A program made the translations under genes and the position numbers. Below, one piece after another: positions 39,026 to 49,049 of a DNA stretch of 64,000 nt; position 1 is the stretch's first letter, and each line of letters begins with the position of its first letter. Location: positions 1-64,000 of the forward strand of contig JBBIJY010000001.1 in NCBI GenBank assembly GCA_037445735.1, given 5' to 3'. Under the pieces are notes generated by a model, which ran no database searches, had not been told where the DNA came from, and was given only the letters and a program-made list of their open reading frames with translations. This DNA comes from Armatimonadota bacterium. GTDB lineage: Bacteria; Armatimonadota; Fimbriimonadia; Fimbriimonadales; GBS-DC.

Positions 39026-39952
39026 TTAGCCCGTGCCCATCAGCACCGTCTGCCACAGCCCGTAGCCGACCCCGTAGCGAGCACGCACACCGTAGAACAC
39101 CCTGTCACGCATAAACACGCTCTCGCTGGTCGGGCGATCGAGCGCGGCAAACTCCAGCGGCACATCCCGACGCTCCTGCAAAATCACACCCCGCACCGCC
39201 CGCGAAGTGTCCAGCAGGAACCACCTGTCCGCCTGCGCACCCGCAATATAGGGCGACACAATCAGGCGCAACTTGCCCTGCAACACATTCCGATACGGCG
39301 TGAAGTTGCCCGTCGTGTTCATCTGCACCACTACAGGCGACTCCAGCAGCTCCATCGCCAGCCACTGCAGCGCAGGACCCACCAGCAGCGTGTCAGGCAT
39401 AATCCCCATCGGGCGACCCCGATCATCCTTAATCAGCATCATCTGCGCCATCGCCTGCTGAAGGTTCTCGGTGTTCAACTCGCCCGTGAAGATGTTGCTC
39501 TGCAGTCCGCTCTCGCCCTCTTGATGCGCAGTGCTGAACAGGGGCTGACCGTCGTAGGCAGTGCCGCTCGTGCCCTCCAGCAGCGCGTTGATCACCAGCT
39601 GCTCCCGATGGCGCACCGCCTCCAGCGCAAGGTCCTGCACGCGCATCCGAATCATGTCGTACTGCTCATCCTCCAGCGCGCGGCGCTCCACTGCAATCGA
39701 CGCCTCCCACACCTGGTCGCTGATGGCATACTCGAACGCCCGCAAACCGACGGGCACACGCTCATCGATGAACTCGCGCATGGCGGGCACACTGCCCAGC
39801 CAGCCGTACTTCTGTGTGGGCAGATTCGTGCGCACCACCGTCGCGATGCGCGACACAAGGCTCGACTCACTCAGCTGGCGGTAGGCGCGGAAAAACTCCG
39901 TGCGCAACCCCGCCTCGATCAGCGACAGCAAATCACTTCGAACCAGTGGCAT
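39026..39952 (-). CDS. Mu-like major head (capsid) protein, gpT family
   Basis: YGWLG..PAMREF..ER, I.VER..LEDE, YDGQPLFS..H, DD.G.P.GI.PD.LLV.PAL, WFLLDT and YGV.ARY..GYG.WQ. Confidence 0.88.
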   Translation of the reverse strand: MPLVRSDLLSLIEAGLRTEFFRAYRQLSESSLVSRIATVVRTNLPTQKYGWLGSVPAMREFIDERVPVGLRAFEYAISDQVWEASIAVERRALEDEQYDMIRMRVQDLALEAVRHREQLVINALLEGTSGTAYDGQPLFSTAHQEGESGLQSNIFTGELNTENLQQAMAQMMLIKDDRGRPMGIMPDTLLVGPALQWLAMELLESPVVVQMNTTGNFTPYRNVLQGKLRLIVSPYIAGAQADRWFLLDTSRAVRGVILQERRDVPLEFAALDRPTSESVFMRDRVFYGVRARYGVGYGLWQTVLMGTG

Positions 39953-39966
39953 CGGCTCTCCCTCCC

Positions 39967-40380
39967 TCAAACGGTGTGATTATCGATGCGAATGCGCACC
40001 GTCGTGCTGCTGGGCAACTCCACAACCGTGCCAACGAGAATGTTGTTCACGCTGGTCTTTGCCACCTCGTTATCGGAGACGGCTCGCACCACCGTGCCCA
40101 CATCGTTCTGGTTGAATGTGCCCGAACGGTTGTAGAGGAAAGTGCCCCGCTTGATGACACGGCACCGCTTCGCGCCATCGGCACCGCTGGCGTTATCGAC
40201 GCTTTCGAACGCCACGCCCACAAAGCGCAGGTTTGCCGTGTCGGACGCCGGCACCAGATAACCCGCGTTATCCAGACACACCAGCGCACCCTTCCAGATA
40301 CGCACGCCCCCCTTCACGGGATAGGCAATCAGCAGCCCTTCCTTCTCCTGGGCCTCATGGGGACCTGTGAGTGCAGGCAT
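39967..40380 (-). CDS. Phage head cement/decoration-like protein
   Basis: YPV..GV.I.KGALV.LD..GY.VPA...FVGVA..VDN..GADG, typical of the gene between protease and capsid in Mu-like heads. Confidence 0.7.
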   Translation of the reverse strand: MPALTGPHEAQEKEGLLIAYPVKGGVRIWKGALVCLDNAGYLVPASDTANLRFVGVAFESVDNASGADGAKRCRVIKRGTFLYNRSGTFNQNDVGTVVRAVSDNEVAKTSVNNILVGTVVELPSSTTVRIRIDNHTV

Positions 40381-40392
40381 CGGCTCACCTCC

Positions 40393-41196
40393 TTACTGAC
40401 GGTTGGCAAGAATCTCGGCAGGGTCTAAATCGGGGAACACCTGCTGAAGCAACCGGGCTTCTTCGGGGCTGATCGAGGGCGTCTCGTAGGCAGGAATCGG
40501 CGCCAGCTCGCCCAGCAGGGGCTGGGACGGCAGCGCGTCCACAAAGCGTCGGAACAACTCGGCAATCGGCACGCTCTCACCGCTGAACACCACACTCGCC
40601 TCACCCTGCAACAGGATCGCCTCCGCAATCGGCGCCAGCGCAGGGGGCAACTTACCGCTCAGTGTCCAGCGCTGCGTCTGCTCGCGCACCTGCTGGGCAT
40701 GCAGCTCCCGCTCCAGCTGGCGCACACGCTCCCGCAACTGCTGAACCTCATCGGGAACAGGGGTCTCAATCGGTTCCATGCGCATCACCTCCATGATGGA
40801 GGGCAGCATCGAGCGGCTGAACAGGCGGGCACCGGGCACGCGCGGGCTGCCCGTGACGGACACCTCCACGATGCGCGCCCGATCGCGGCTCAAGCCCAGA
40901 CTCAAACCGCGCACGCGCAACCGCTGCAGCAGGGCGTCCGCCTCAGGGAGCAACGCGACCCGACCGAACAGCTCCGAACCCTGCCGCCAGACCGCCACCA
41001 GCCAGCCCAGCTGCACCGGCGACGGACGATGCTCCACCAGCAGCGGCACCGGCGCCTCAAACTGCGCCACCAGACGCTCCAGATCCGCCTCCGTCAGCAC
41101 CAGCCCGCGTTCGGGATAGACGCCCGCCTCCAGCAACTTCGCCGCGCGTACCACCCAGCGAGTCGACCCACCCATCCTGACAGTCGCCGCTCGCAT
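40393..41196 (-). CDS. Mu-like prohead protease/scaffold protein
   Basis: AG.YP, PLLVEH (putative catalytic His), GW, LS (putative catalytic Ser), VSVT.SPRV.GA, then a coiled-coil scaffold with GKL.PA. GGAGG RBS before ATG 41196. Confidence 0.75.
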   Translation of the reverse strand: MRAATVRMGGSTRWVVRAAKLLEAGVYPERGLVLTEADLERLVAQFEAPVPLLVEHRPSPVQLGWLVAVWRQGSELFGRVALLPEADALLQRLRVRGLSLGLSRDRARIVEVSVTGSPRVPGARLFSRSMLPSIMEVMRMEPIETPVPDEVQQLRERVRQLERELHAQQVREQTQRWTLSGKLPPALAPIAEAILLQGEASVVFSGESVPIAELFRRFVDALPSQPLLGELAPIPAYETPSISPEEARLLQQVFPDLDPAEILANRQ

Positions 41197-41293
41197 ACTG
41201 CCTCCACAACGGGCAGGGCACAAAACAGCAACACTGTCAACCCCCACACAGACAGTGAGGCTGCTCGAAAAATCCAACCAGAGGAAAGGATGT

Positions 41294-41378
41294 CCCTCAC
41301 TCCAACCCTCTACCCAGCGGGAAAGCTAACCCCTCACCCCTACCCTCTCCCCAGAGGGGAGAGGGTAGGGGTGAGGGG
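41294..41378. repeat. Palindromic repeat family A, right flank of the capsid module (includes a perfect 23-bp stem)
   Basis: 41330-41352 and 41356-41378 are exact reverse complements, with a partial copy at 41294. Confidence 0.9.
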
Positions 41379-41584
41379 GCTTCACTCAGCAGGTCGATAT
41401 TATGCCCCGAATTTTCGAACACCCACACAGACCGCTGCATCAGGAACCCTCGATGGAGTATAATCGTCTTATGCACTCGAACCCTGATTTCCGAGCGCTG
41501 CTTGCAGGAATCGCAGCACCAGCAGGGTATAATCACAAGCGAGAGGGGACGACCCTCTCCAAACTATAGAGGAGGAGGCTCGCT

Positions 41585-42490
41585 ATGAGACAGCATGGCA
41601 GAGGCTTTACCTTGATCGAGTTGCTGGTCGTGATCGCAATCATCGCCATTCTGGCGGCGATTCTGTTCCCGGTCTTCGCGCAGGCGCGCGAAAAAGCACG
41701 CCAGACCACCTGCACAAGCAACGCCAAGCAATGGGGACTTGCCTTCATGCAGTACATCAACGATTACGACGAGATCTTCCCCCTGAGCTTCGGACTGAAA
41801 ACGCCCGGTGCTCCTGCCAACATCTGGCAATATGGTCACCTCGTGCCACCCGACTGGTCTCGCTCACAGGGAGTACAGACGGGTCATTTCCGTGGCGTAT
41901 CCTCGCTGGCCCACTGGGCGAACACCGTGTATCCCTACATCAAGAACTACGGCATGTATGGCTGTCCCTCCGGACCCGAGGTTCGATTCCCACCGCTGGA
42001 GTCCGCCGGCGACTATAACAACCCCCTGAAGCCGCCTGTCGGGGTCAGCTACACCATGAACGGACTCCTGCATGACTACCCGATGGCAGGCATTGCGCGT
42101 CCAGCCCAGCTGCCGTTGCTGTGGGAGGGCCGCGGCAAGGCGCAGTCACTGGGTGTGATTGTATCGAACCCGGTCCTCCAGTGCAATCCTAACGACACGC
42201 GCCCGTGCCGCTACTTCAGCTGCACTTATGGCAATCCAGGCAACGCCTATCCGATCAGCGCAATGTTCGTGCTATCTGGCACGATGTGGATTCACAACAA
42301 AGGCGCGCTGTTCGTGATGTCCGACGGGCATGCCAAATGGCGCCGACTGGGCGCCCAGCTCGCACCTGACAACACCGACTGGCGCACAGACCCCTACACG
42401 GGCTACGATGCAAATGGCTTCCCTGGATTCTTCTGGTGGGACGGCTGCAACGCCTGGCTCTTCCGACCCGATTACGAGTTCAATATCTGA
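41585..42490 (+). CDS. Prepilin-type N-terminal cleavage/methylation protein with H-X9-DG C-terminal motif (DUF1559-like), copy 1
   Basis: [49 protein letters not shown]. Confidence 0.92.
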   Translation: MRQHGRGFTLIELLVVIAIIAILAAILFPVFAQAREKARQTTCTSNAKQWGLAFMQYINDYDEIFPLSFGLKTPGAPANIWQYGHLVPPDWSRSQGVQTGHFRGVSSLAHWANTVYPYIKNYGMYGCPSGPEVRFPPLESAGDYNNPLKPPVGVSYTMNGLLHDYPMAGIARPAQLPLLWEGRGKAQSLGVIVSNPVLQCNPNDTRPCRYFSCTYGNPGNAYPISAMFVLSGTMWIHNKGALFVMSDGHAKWRRLGAQLAPDNTDWRTDPYTGYDANGFPGFFWWDGCNAWLFRPDYEFNI

Positions 42491-42559
42491 ACTCATCACT
42501 GTGGTGGGGCGGGCGACCGAACCATGCCTGCCCCACCTCCATCCCGAGGGAGGTGAAGA

Positions 42560-42799
42560 ATGAAACAGCAGATACCGACGCCGATAGCGATTCTGATCAT
42601 CGCTGTCGTGGTTATCATCGCTGTCTTTATCGGCTGGCGGCTAATCAATCCACCAGAGCCGAAACCTGTCGGCATGCCCCCCGGTCAGCAAATGATGCCA
42701 CCCGCTACACCACCAGTAGCACCCCCTCAGCCGGGTCAACAGCCGCAGGGCGCCCCCCAGCGACCAACCCCTGGAGGACAACCAACCGGGGCGCTGTAG
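42560..42799 (+). CDS. Small single-TM protein with Pro/Gln-rich tail
   Basis: GGAGGTG RBS; one hydrophobic helix followed by a P/Q-rich C-terminus. Confidence 0.75.
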   Translation: MKQQIPTPIAILIIAVVVIIAVFIGWRLINPPEPKPVGMPPGQQMMPPATPPVAPPQPGQQPQGAPQRPTPGGQPTGAL

Positions 42800-42986
42800 A
42801 CTGTTATCAAAAGTATCGAGCACCCATCCTGCGGGGGACATGAGATCCCTCGCAGGGTTTTCACTAAGCAGGAATCGCACGGAAGTTGCTGTATAATAGA
42901 GATGACCCTTGCCGCCTGGCGGCGTCAGGCGTATCGTCAAGAATCATCCTTCGTGCTGGGCGGAGTCGGGGGAAGGAGGTCAGGCA

Positions 42987-43811
42987 ATGCGACATGGCAG
43001 AGGCTTTACCTTGATTGAGTTGCTGGTCGTGATCGCGATCATCGCCATTCTGGCGGCGATCCTGTTCCCGGTGTTCGCGCAGGCGCGCGAGAAGGGGCGC
43101 CAGGCAACCTGCGCCTCCAACATGAACCAGCTCGGCAAAGCGGTACTGATGTACGCCGCTGACAACGAGAACATTCTCCCGCCCAACCGCGTGGTGCTGG
43201 GTCCTTCCGGCGGGCTACCCGATGACCAGCGCAGGTTCTGGGCCGGACTGATCCAGCCCTATGTGAAGAACAAGGATATCGTCTTCTGTCCCAGTGGCAA
43301 AAAGCCGCCCTTTGAAATTGACCTCAACAACTGGTTCCATCGGGGCTGGCTCTCTATCGGCTATAATGCGCATATCGCAGGCTGGTACTGGATTGGCGGC
43401 GGCTTGCCCGGTGGGGCAGAAACCATCATGGTGCCCTCCCTTTCCTGGATCAGAACACCTGCCCAGTTTGTGATGCTGGCAGAGAGCGCGAATGGTCCCG
43501 CGCCGCCGCAGGGCAACTGCTTCGGCTCCTCCGCCGACAACAACGCCTATGGCGATTGTGAGGGCGGTCCGAACTTCCGAATGGTGATTCAAGGGCTGGC
43601 ACGCAGCCCCACTGTGGGCTACAGCCCCATCCTGGCACGCCATATGGGCGGGCTGAACATCACCCTGATGGACGGACACACCAAATGGTTCCGTCTGGAA
43701 GCCGTGATACCTTCTCCTCCACGCAACGCAGGCTGTGCCAACCCCGAAGAGCTGCGCGACTTCAACACCGCCAACCTGCGCTGGCTCATCTGGAACAACT
43801 GCGTGAGGTGA
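42987..43811 (+). CDS. Prepilin-type/H-X9-DG protein, copy 2
   Basis: [32 protein letters not shown]. Confidence 0.92.
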   Translation: MRHGRGFTLIELLVVIAIIAILAAILFPVFAQAREKGRQATCASNMNQLGKAVLMYAADNENILPPNRVVLGPSGGLPDDQRRFWAGLIQPYVKNKDIVFCPSGKKPPFEIDLNNWFHRGWLSIGYNAHIAGWYWIGGGLPGGAETIMVPSLSWIRTPAQFVMLAESANGPAPPQGNCFGSSADNNAYGDCEGGPNFRMVIQGLARSPTVGYSPILARHMGGLNITLMDGHTKWFRLEAVIPSPPRNAGCANPEELRDFNTANLRWLIWNNCVR

Positions 43812-43815
43812 ACCG

Positions 43816-43989
43816 ATGCAAATCTTTCGGGAGAAACCGGCACTGGCAATCGGGCTATTAGTGATAGCCCTGCTGGCGCTCGTGATCAGCTGGTGGTTTT
43901 CCACGCGCCAGCTGAATCCGGGCGTCGAGGTGCCTCCCGTCAATCCGCCTCCTGCAACCAATCCGCCAAAAGAGGCAAGTCCTATCTGA
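43816..43989 (+). CDS. Small single-TM Pro-rich protein (57 aa, absent from the ORF track)
   Basis: GAGGTG RBS; MQIFREKPALAIGLLVIALLALVISWWFSTRQLNPGVEVPPVNPPPATNPPKEASPI; paralog of 44848..45045. Confidence 0.8.
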   Translation: MQIFREKPALAIGLLVIALLALVISWWFSTRQLNPGVEVPPVNPPPATNPPKEASPI

Positions 43990-44001
43990 GGAGGAACAGC
44001 G

Positions 44002-44838
44002 ATGATGAGACGGCATGGTTTTACTCTGATCGAGTTGCTGGTCGTGATCGCGATCATCGCCATTCTGGCGGCGATCCTGTTCCCGGTGTTCGCGCAGGCG
44101 CGCGAGAAGGGGCGCCAGGCAACCTGCGCCTCCAACATGAACCAGCTCGGCAAAGCCATCCTCATGTACGCCGCCGACAACGAAGAAGTGCTGGTACCCA
44201 GCCGCCTCGTGCCCCAGAACAACCCGAACGATCCCGGGGTCAAAATCTGGCAGGAGCTGGTCGCACCCTATGTTAAAAACATCGATGTCTACTTCTGCCC
44301 GAACGGACGCCGGTTTGACGGTGGCGTCTTCATACCCAGCTGGGCGACTCGCGGCTGGCCCTCCATCGGCTACAACGCCCACATATCGGGCTGGTACTGG
44401 GTCGGTGGCAGTCTGCCAGGCAATCCCGATGAAACCCTCATGGTGCCCAATCGCTCCATGCTCAAAAAACCCGCCCAGTTCGTGCTACTGGCAGATTCCC
44501 CCAACGGACCAACGGGCGCACCCCAGAACTGCCGCGGCTACCTCACCGATAACAACTGGTACGGCGGCTGCAGCGGGGACGGCACCGGGCGGCAACACCG
44601 CACGGACATCACCTCCTATGTGGGCGTGGGCATCATGGCACGCCATTCGAACGGGCTAAACATCGGCTTCGCCGATGGACACACCAAATGGTTCCGCCTC
44701 GAACAGGTACTGCCCTATACGCCGCAGCAGTACCAGGCAATCTATGGCAATCGTCCGTGTCGCTTTGTCGACGAATACCGCGATTTCAACCCAGCTAAAA
44801 CACACTGGGTCATCTTCAATACCTGCAATCCTGATTAG
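44002..44838 (+). CDS. Prepilin-type/H-X9-DG protein, copy 3
   Basis: [27 protein letters not shown]. Confidence 0.92.
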   Translation: MMRRHGFTLIELLVVIAIIAILAAILFPVFAQAREKGRQATCASNMNQLGKAILMYAADNEEVLVPSRLVPQNNPNDPGVKIWQELVAPYVKNIDVYFCPNGRRFDGGVFIPSWATRGWPSIGYNAHISGWYWVGGSLPGNPDETLMVPNRSMLKKPAQFVLLADSPNGPTGAPQNCRGYLTDNNWYGGCSGDGTGRQHRTDITSYVGVGIMARHSNGLNIGFADGHTKWFRLEQVLPYTPQQYQAIYGNRPCRFVDEYRDFNPAKTHWVIFNTCNPD

Positions 44839-44847
44839 GAGGTTGCT

Positions 44848-45045
44848 ATGCAGACCTTTCGCGACAAACCGATCCTGGCATGGGTGTTGCTGATGGTGGC
44901 GCTGGCAGCGCTCTTCATCAGTTATTACTTCTTCATGCGCCCCTCGGAACCCGCCGTGCCAGCCGCCACAGGTGAGCAGCCGGCAGCACCCCCACCCGGC
45001 GGTCAGCAACCCGCTTCATCAGCAGGACAAACCGTGCCTTACTAA
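44848..45045 (+). CDS. Small single-TM Pro-rich protein
   Basis: [38 protein letters not shown] followed by a P/A/Q tail. Confidence 0.8.
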   Translation: MQTFRDKPILAWVLLMVALAALFISYYFFMRPSEPAVPAATGEQPAAPPPGGQQPASSAGQTVPY

Positions 45046-45064
45046 CTCTCTGGAGGTGAATCAA

Positions 45065-46000
45065 ATGAGAAAATCGGGCTTCACCTTGATTGAGTTGCTG
45101 GTCGTGATCGCGATCATCGCCATTCTGGCGGCGATCCTGTTCCCCGTGTTCGCACGCGCACGCGACAGCGCCGTGCGCACTCAGTGCCTCAATAACATCA
45201 AGCAAATCTGCACAGGCGCCCTCATGTACCTCCAAGACTACGACGAGCAGATGCCGCTGGCTATCAACATCCCGCACGGAATCAACGAGCCGACCAACCC
45301 GAACACGATCGGTCCCTATATGAACCTCTGGGTGCGCGTCAACCCCTGTTTCATCAACCCTCAGGGCAACGCCTGTCTCAGCTCTGGCGAGCTGCGCCAG
45401 CTACGCTACCTGCCCATCGGACAAACCACCCAGAACGCGCCGAGCGCCCCTCCCGTCGGCAACCCACCACGCTACCCGCTCTACTTCCCCGCCCAGGTCG
45501 ATCCCTATATCAAGGCGGGCGCCAGCGGCACCCAGATGACAACCCGCAAAGTGAAAACGCTGTGGGCATGCCCTGCCGACTCAACCTCCGTCATCGGGCT
45601 GGGCTCCGAAACCTCGCTCTTCGAGCTGAGCGGGTTGAACCACTTCCGCGTCATCGGACACGACTACATGTATAACACCTGGCTCATCTACACCTACACC
45701 GATCGCCTGCGCGGTGGCAATCCCCAGCAGTGGACGCTCAAGCTGCGTTCATTGGGCGCGATTGCACGCCCTGCCGACATCATTTTGGTGTTTGATGCTT
45801 ACCCCATGTGGCATGGCGAGTCGCGCGCTCCGAACGGCGGTCCCATCCCGGATAACTGGAATGTCGCCTTCGTGGACGGACACGCCAAGAACCTGCCCCA
45901 CGCCGTGTTTATGGACCAGTTCCCCGGCGTAATCGGGGGCGGCGGCAACAAACTGCGCCTGAACCAGAACCCGGAAGCGGACGATCCGAACACCCCATGA
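45065..46000 (+). CDS. Prepilin-type/H-X9-DG-like protein, copy 4
   Basis: [24 protein letters not shown]. Confidence 0.9.
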   Translation: MRKSGFTLIELLVVIAIIAILAAILFPVFARARDSAVRTQCLNNIKQICTGALMYLQDYDEQMPLAINIPHGINEPTNPNTIGPYMNLWVRVNPCFINPQGNACLSSGELRQLRYLPIGQTTQNAPSAPPVGNPPRYPLYFPAQVDPYIKAGASGTQMTTRKVKTLWACPADSTSVIGLGSETSLFELSGLNHFRVIGHDYMYNTWLIYTYTDRLRGGNPQQWTLKLRSLGAIARPADIILVFDAYPMWHGESRAPNGGPIPDNWNVAFVDGHAKNLPHAVFMDQFPGVIGGGGNKLRLNQNPEADDPNTP

Positions 46001-46009
46001 ACACTTATA

Positions 46010-46038
46010 GCAGCCCGGAGAACACACCTCCGGGCTGC
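46010..46038 (+). terminator. Hairpin after the prepilin array
   Basis: GCAGCCCGGAG-N7-CTCCGGGCTGC followed by only TT. Confidence 0.5.
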
Positions 46039-46106
46039 TTCACCTCCCGTTGTTGCAGGAAAACCCATCCCTCGCGCCGAATCGCATGCCCACAGGAGGC
46101 ACAGCG

Positions 46107-47918
46107 ATGGCGCAAATAGCGTTTGCAATCAATCCGCCCGCCAATCGACTGCAGGGCGCCCTGCCCAAAGTGGGCATCCGACCCGTTATCGACGGGCGAC
46201 GGCAGGGTGTGCGCGAAAGCATGGAAGAAGCCACCATGCGCATGGCGCAGCGCGTCGCCCACTTCATCACCGAAAACCTGCGCCACGCCTGCGGACTGCC
46301 CGTCGAATGCGTGATCGCCGACACCTGCATCGGCGGCATCGCCGAGGCGGCTGCCTGCGAAGCCAAATTCGAGCGCGAGGGCGTCGGCGTCAGCCTCACC
46401 GTCGCCCGCAGCTGGTGCTACGGCTACGAAACGATGGACATGCACCCCACACGCCCCAAAGCCGTCTGGGGCTTCAACGGCACCGAACGCCCCGGCGCCG
46501 TCTACCTCGCCGCCGTCATGGCGGCTCACGCCAGCAAACGCCTGCCCGCCTTCAGCATCTACGGGCGCGATGTGCAGGACGCCACCGACTTCGCCATCCC
46601 ACCCGATGTCGCCGAACGCATCCGGCAATTCGTCCAGTGCGCAATCGCCGTCGCCACCATGCAGGGAAAAACCTATGTGTCGATGGGCAATGTCTCGATG
46701 GGCATCGTCGGCTCCCTCGTCGACCAGAACTTCCTCCAGCACTACCTCGGCATCCGCACCATGACCGTCGACATGGTGGAGTTCGTCCGCCGCATGGAGC
46801 GCGGCATCTACGACCACGACGAATACGAACGCGCCCTGCACTGGGTCAAAACCTGTTGCAAAGAAGGCAAAGACTACAACCCGCCCGAAAAGCAACTCAG
46901 CCGCGAACAGAAGGAGCGCACCTGGCAGCAGAGCATCCAGATGGCGCTCATTGCCCGCGACCTGCTGGTGGGCAACCCCAAACTGGCGGAAATGGGCTAC
47001 GAAGAAGAGGCTCTCGGCTTCAACGGCATCGCGGGCGGCTTCCAGGGTCAACGCCAGTGGACCGACCACCTGCCCAACGGCGACTTCATGGAAGCGATTC
47101 TTTGCTCCAGCTTCGACTGGAACGGCATCCGCCAGCCCTACATCCTCGCCACCGAGAACGACTACCTGAACGCCATCGGCATGCTGTTCGGGCACCTGCT
47201 CACGGGCGCAGCACAAATCTTCGCCGATGTGCGTACCTACTGGTCGCCCGACGCCGTGCAGCGCGTCACAGGCTGGCGACCCACCGGGCTTGCGGAACAG
47301 GGCTTCCTGCACCTGATCAACTCCGGTCCCGCCGCCCTCGACGGCACCGGTCAGCAGGAACTCAATGGCAGACCCGCCATGAAAGCCTGGTGGCTGGTGA
47401 CGCCCGAAGAGGCGCAACGCTGCCTTGATGCCACCACATGGCACTGCGCCATGCTCGAATATTTCCGTGGCGGCGGCTGGAGCACCCGATTCCGCACGCG
47501 CGGCGGCATGCCCGCCACCATGTTCCGACTCAATCTCGTGGATGGCGTCGGACCCGTAATGCAGATTGCCGAGGGCGAGACCATCGACCTGCCCGACGAA
47601 GTTCACACCATTCTGGACGAACGCACCAACCCCACCTGGCCCACCACATGGTTTGTGCCACGCACCACAGGGCACGGCGCGTTCCATGATGTCTACACCG
47701 TGATGGCAACCTGGGGCGCCAACCACTGCGTGCTATCCAGCGGGCATATCGGACACCTGCTCATCACCCTCTGCTCCATGCTGCGCATCCCCGTCGCCAT
47801 GCACAATGTGCCCCCGGAGCGGGTGTTCCGACCCCATCAGTGGGGCATGTTCGGCACTGCCGACCCCGAAAGCGCCGACTTCCGCGCCTGTCAGGCATAC
47901 GGCGCACTCTACGGCTGA
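46107..47918 (+). CDS. fucI: L-fucose isomerase
   Basis: [50 protein letters not shown] and WGANH. Confidence 0.96.
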   Translation: MAQIAFAINPPANRLQGALPKVGIRPVIDGRRQGVRESMEEATMRMAQRVAHFITENLRHACGLPVECVIADTCIGGIAEAAACEAKFEREGVGVSLTVARSWCYGYETMDMHPTRPKAVWGFNGTERPGAVYLAAVMAAHASKRLPAFSIYGRDVQDATDFAIPPDVAERIRQFVQCAIAVATMQGKTYVSMGNVSMGIVGSLVDQNFLQHYLGIRTMTVDMVEFVRRMERGIYDHDEYERALHWVKTCCKEGKDYNPPEKQLSREQKERTWQQSIQMALIARDLLVGNPKLAEMGYEEEALGFNGIAGGFQGQRQWTDHLPNGDFMEAILCSSFDWNGIRQPYILATENDYLNAIGMLFGHLLTGAAQIFADVRTYWSPDAVQRVTGWRPTGLAEQGFLHLINSGPAALDGTGQQELNGRPAMKAWWLVTPEEAQRCLDATTWHCAMLEYFRGGGWSTRFRTRGGMPATMFRLNLVDGVGPVMQIAEGETIDLPDEVHTILDERTNPTWPTTWFVPRTTGHGAFHDVYTVMATWGANHCVLSSGHIGHLLITLCSMLRIPVAMHNVPPERVFRPHQWGMFGTADPESADFRACQAYGALYG

Positions 47919-47979
47919 TGCAAAAAAGCCTTGAAACAGAACCGCCATTAAAGCGTCTCTATCACTGGAGGTGATGAGA

Positions 47980-48951
47980 ATGGGACAGCATCGCCTCATG
48001 CTAATACTGGGCGCGAGCGTGCTCGCCAGCGCAATTGCAGGCGCCCAGCCCCGCTGGTGTACAGGGTTCGAGCCGCCTCTTTACCGCGGCTTGCCACAGG
48101 GAGTTCCGCTCAACGGTCAGGACGGCTGGCAGGGCAGCGGGTGGAACCCGTTTCTGGTGTTCACCTACAGGCAGAACGCGCTCAGCATACCGCCCAACCC
48201 CAACGGCGAAAGCCAGTTCATTGGCGCCGAGGGCGCAGGACACGAGCCACCACCCGTCGCCCAACACGAGTTCGACTGGGTCAACGCACCCGGCTGGACG
48301 GTTCGCTATGACTTCTGCATCGGTGCGCCAGGCGAGATCGCGGTGCCCGCGCGAATCGGACGCTTCTCACTGGAGCCACTCAGCTCCGCCATCCCGATCC
48401 GCAACTTCCAATCCTGCTGGCAGTGGCACAGCGACCGCAACCCCGCAGCAGGATTCGATATCCTCTATGCCGTCTACAACGCCGATGGCAGTGCGCAACC
48501 CCTGCGCAGCCCAGGCGCCGCATGGCAGCAGCTGCGAGCCGACCGCTGGTATCGATTGCGCACCACTTTTGACTTCATCACCAATCGAATCCTGAAGATT
48601 GCCATCACCGATCTGCAGAGCCGACAGACAACCGTCGCCTTCCCACAGGGCTGGTACCTGCAAGGCGGCGCACGCACCACTGCCCAATACCCCACAGGCT
48701 TGAGCTTCGCGCTGGGTTTCACACCAGGACCGCTTGCGGGCAACCGCCTCGCAATCGATAACCTTTGCATCTTTCCAGCGGTGCCCGCCGATGTGGACGG
48801 CGATGGCTGCGTGGATGACCGCGACCTGCTGCAGGTGCTGATGGCATTTGGCGGCACAGGCGACGGACTGCCCGAAGACCTCAACGGCGACGGCGTGGTG
48901 GACGACGCCGACCTGCTGATGGTGCTGTTCAGCTTCGGTACAGGCTGCTGA
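47980..48951 (+). CDS. Secreted protein with dockerin-like C-terminus
   Basis: Signal peptide; LNGQDGW; DVDGDGCVDDRDLL / DLNGDGVVDDADLLMVLFSFG. Confidence 0.8.
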   Translation: MGQHRLMLILGASVLASAIAGAQPRWCTGFEPPLYRGLPQGVPLNGQDGWQGSGWNPFLVFTYRQNALSIPPNPNGESQFIGAEGAGHEPPPVAQHEFDWVNAPGWTVRYDFCIGAPGEIAVPARIGRFSLEPLSSAIPIRNFQSCWQWHSDRNPAAGFDILYAVYNADGSAQPLRSPGAAWQQLRADRWYRLRTTFDFITNRILKIAITDLQSRQTTVAFPQGWYLQGGARTTAQYPTGLSFALGFTPGPLAGNRLAIDNLCIFPAVPADVDGDGCVDDRDLLQVLMAFGGTGDGLPEDLNGDGVVDDADLLMVLFSFGTGC

Positions 48952-49049
48952 AACGCACCTCCCGTTGCGGCGAGGAATTCCCTGCGGCTCCCTGCCCCTC
49001 CTTTAAGCGGGGGAGAGAGGATTTGCCCTCTCCCTCGCCTGCCCAGTCA

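Noticed and set aside
39026-41196. Complete prophage or classical encapsulin locus
   Set aside because: No terminase, portal, tail, integrase or att repeats are visible. The shell protein is Mu gpT-like with a protease, and I see no recognisable cargo-loading peptide on neighbouring enzymes.
41385-41412. dif-like site (TATTATG)
   Set aside because: Only one arm is partly similar; there is no convincing second Xer-binding arm.
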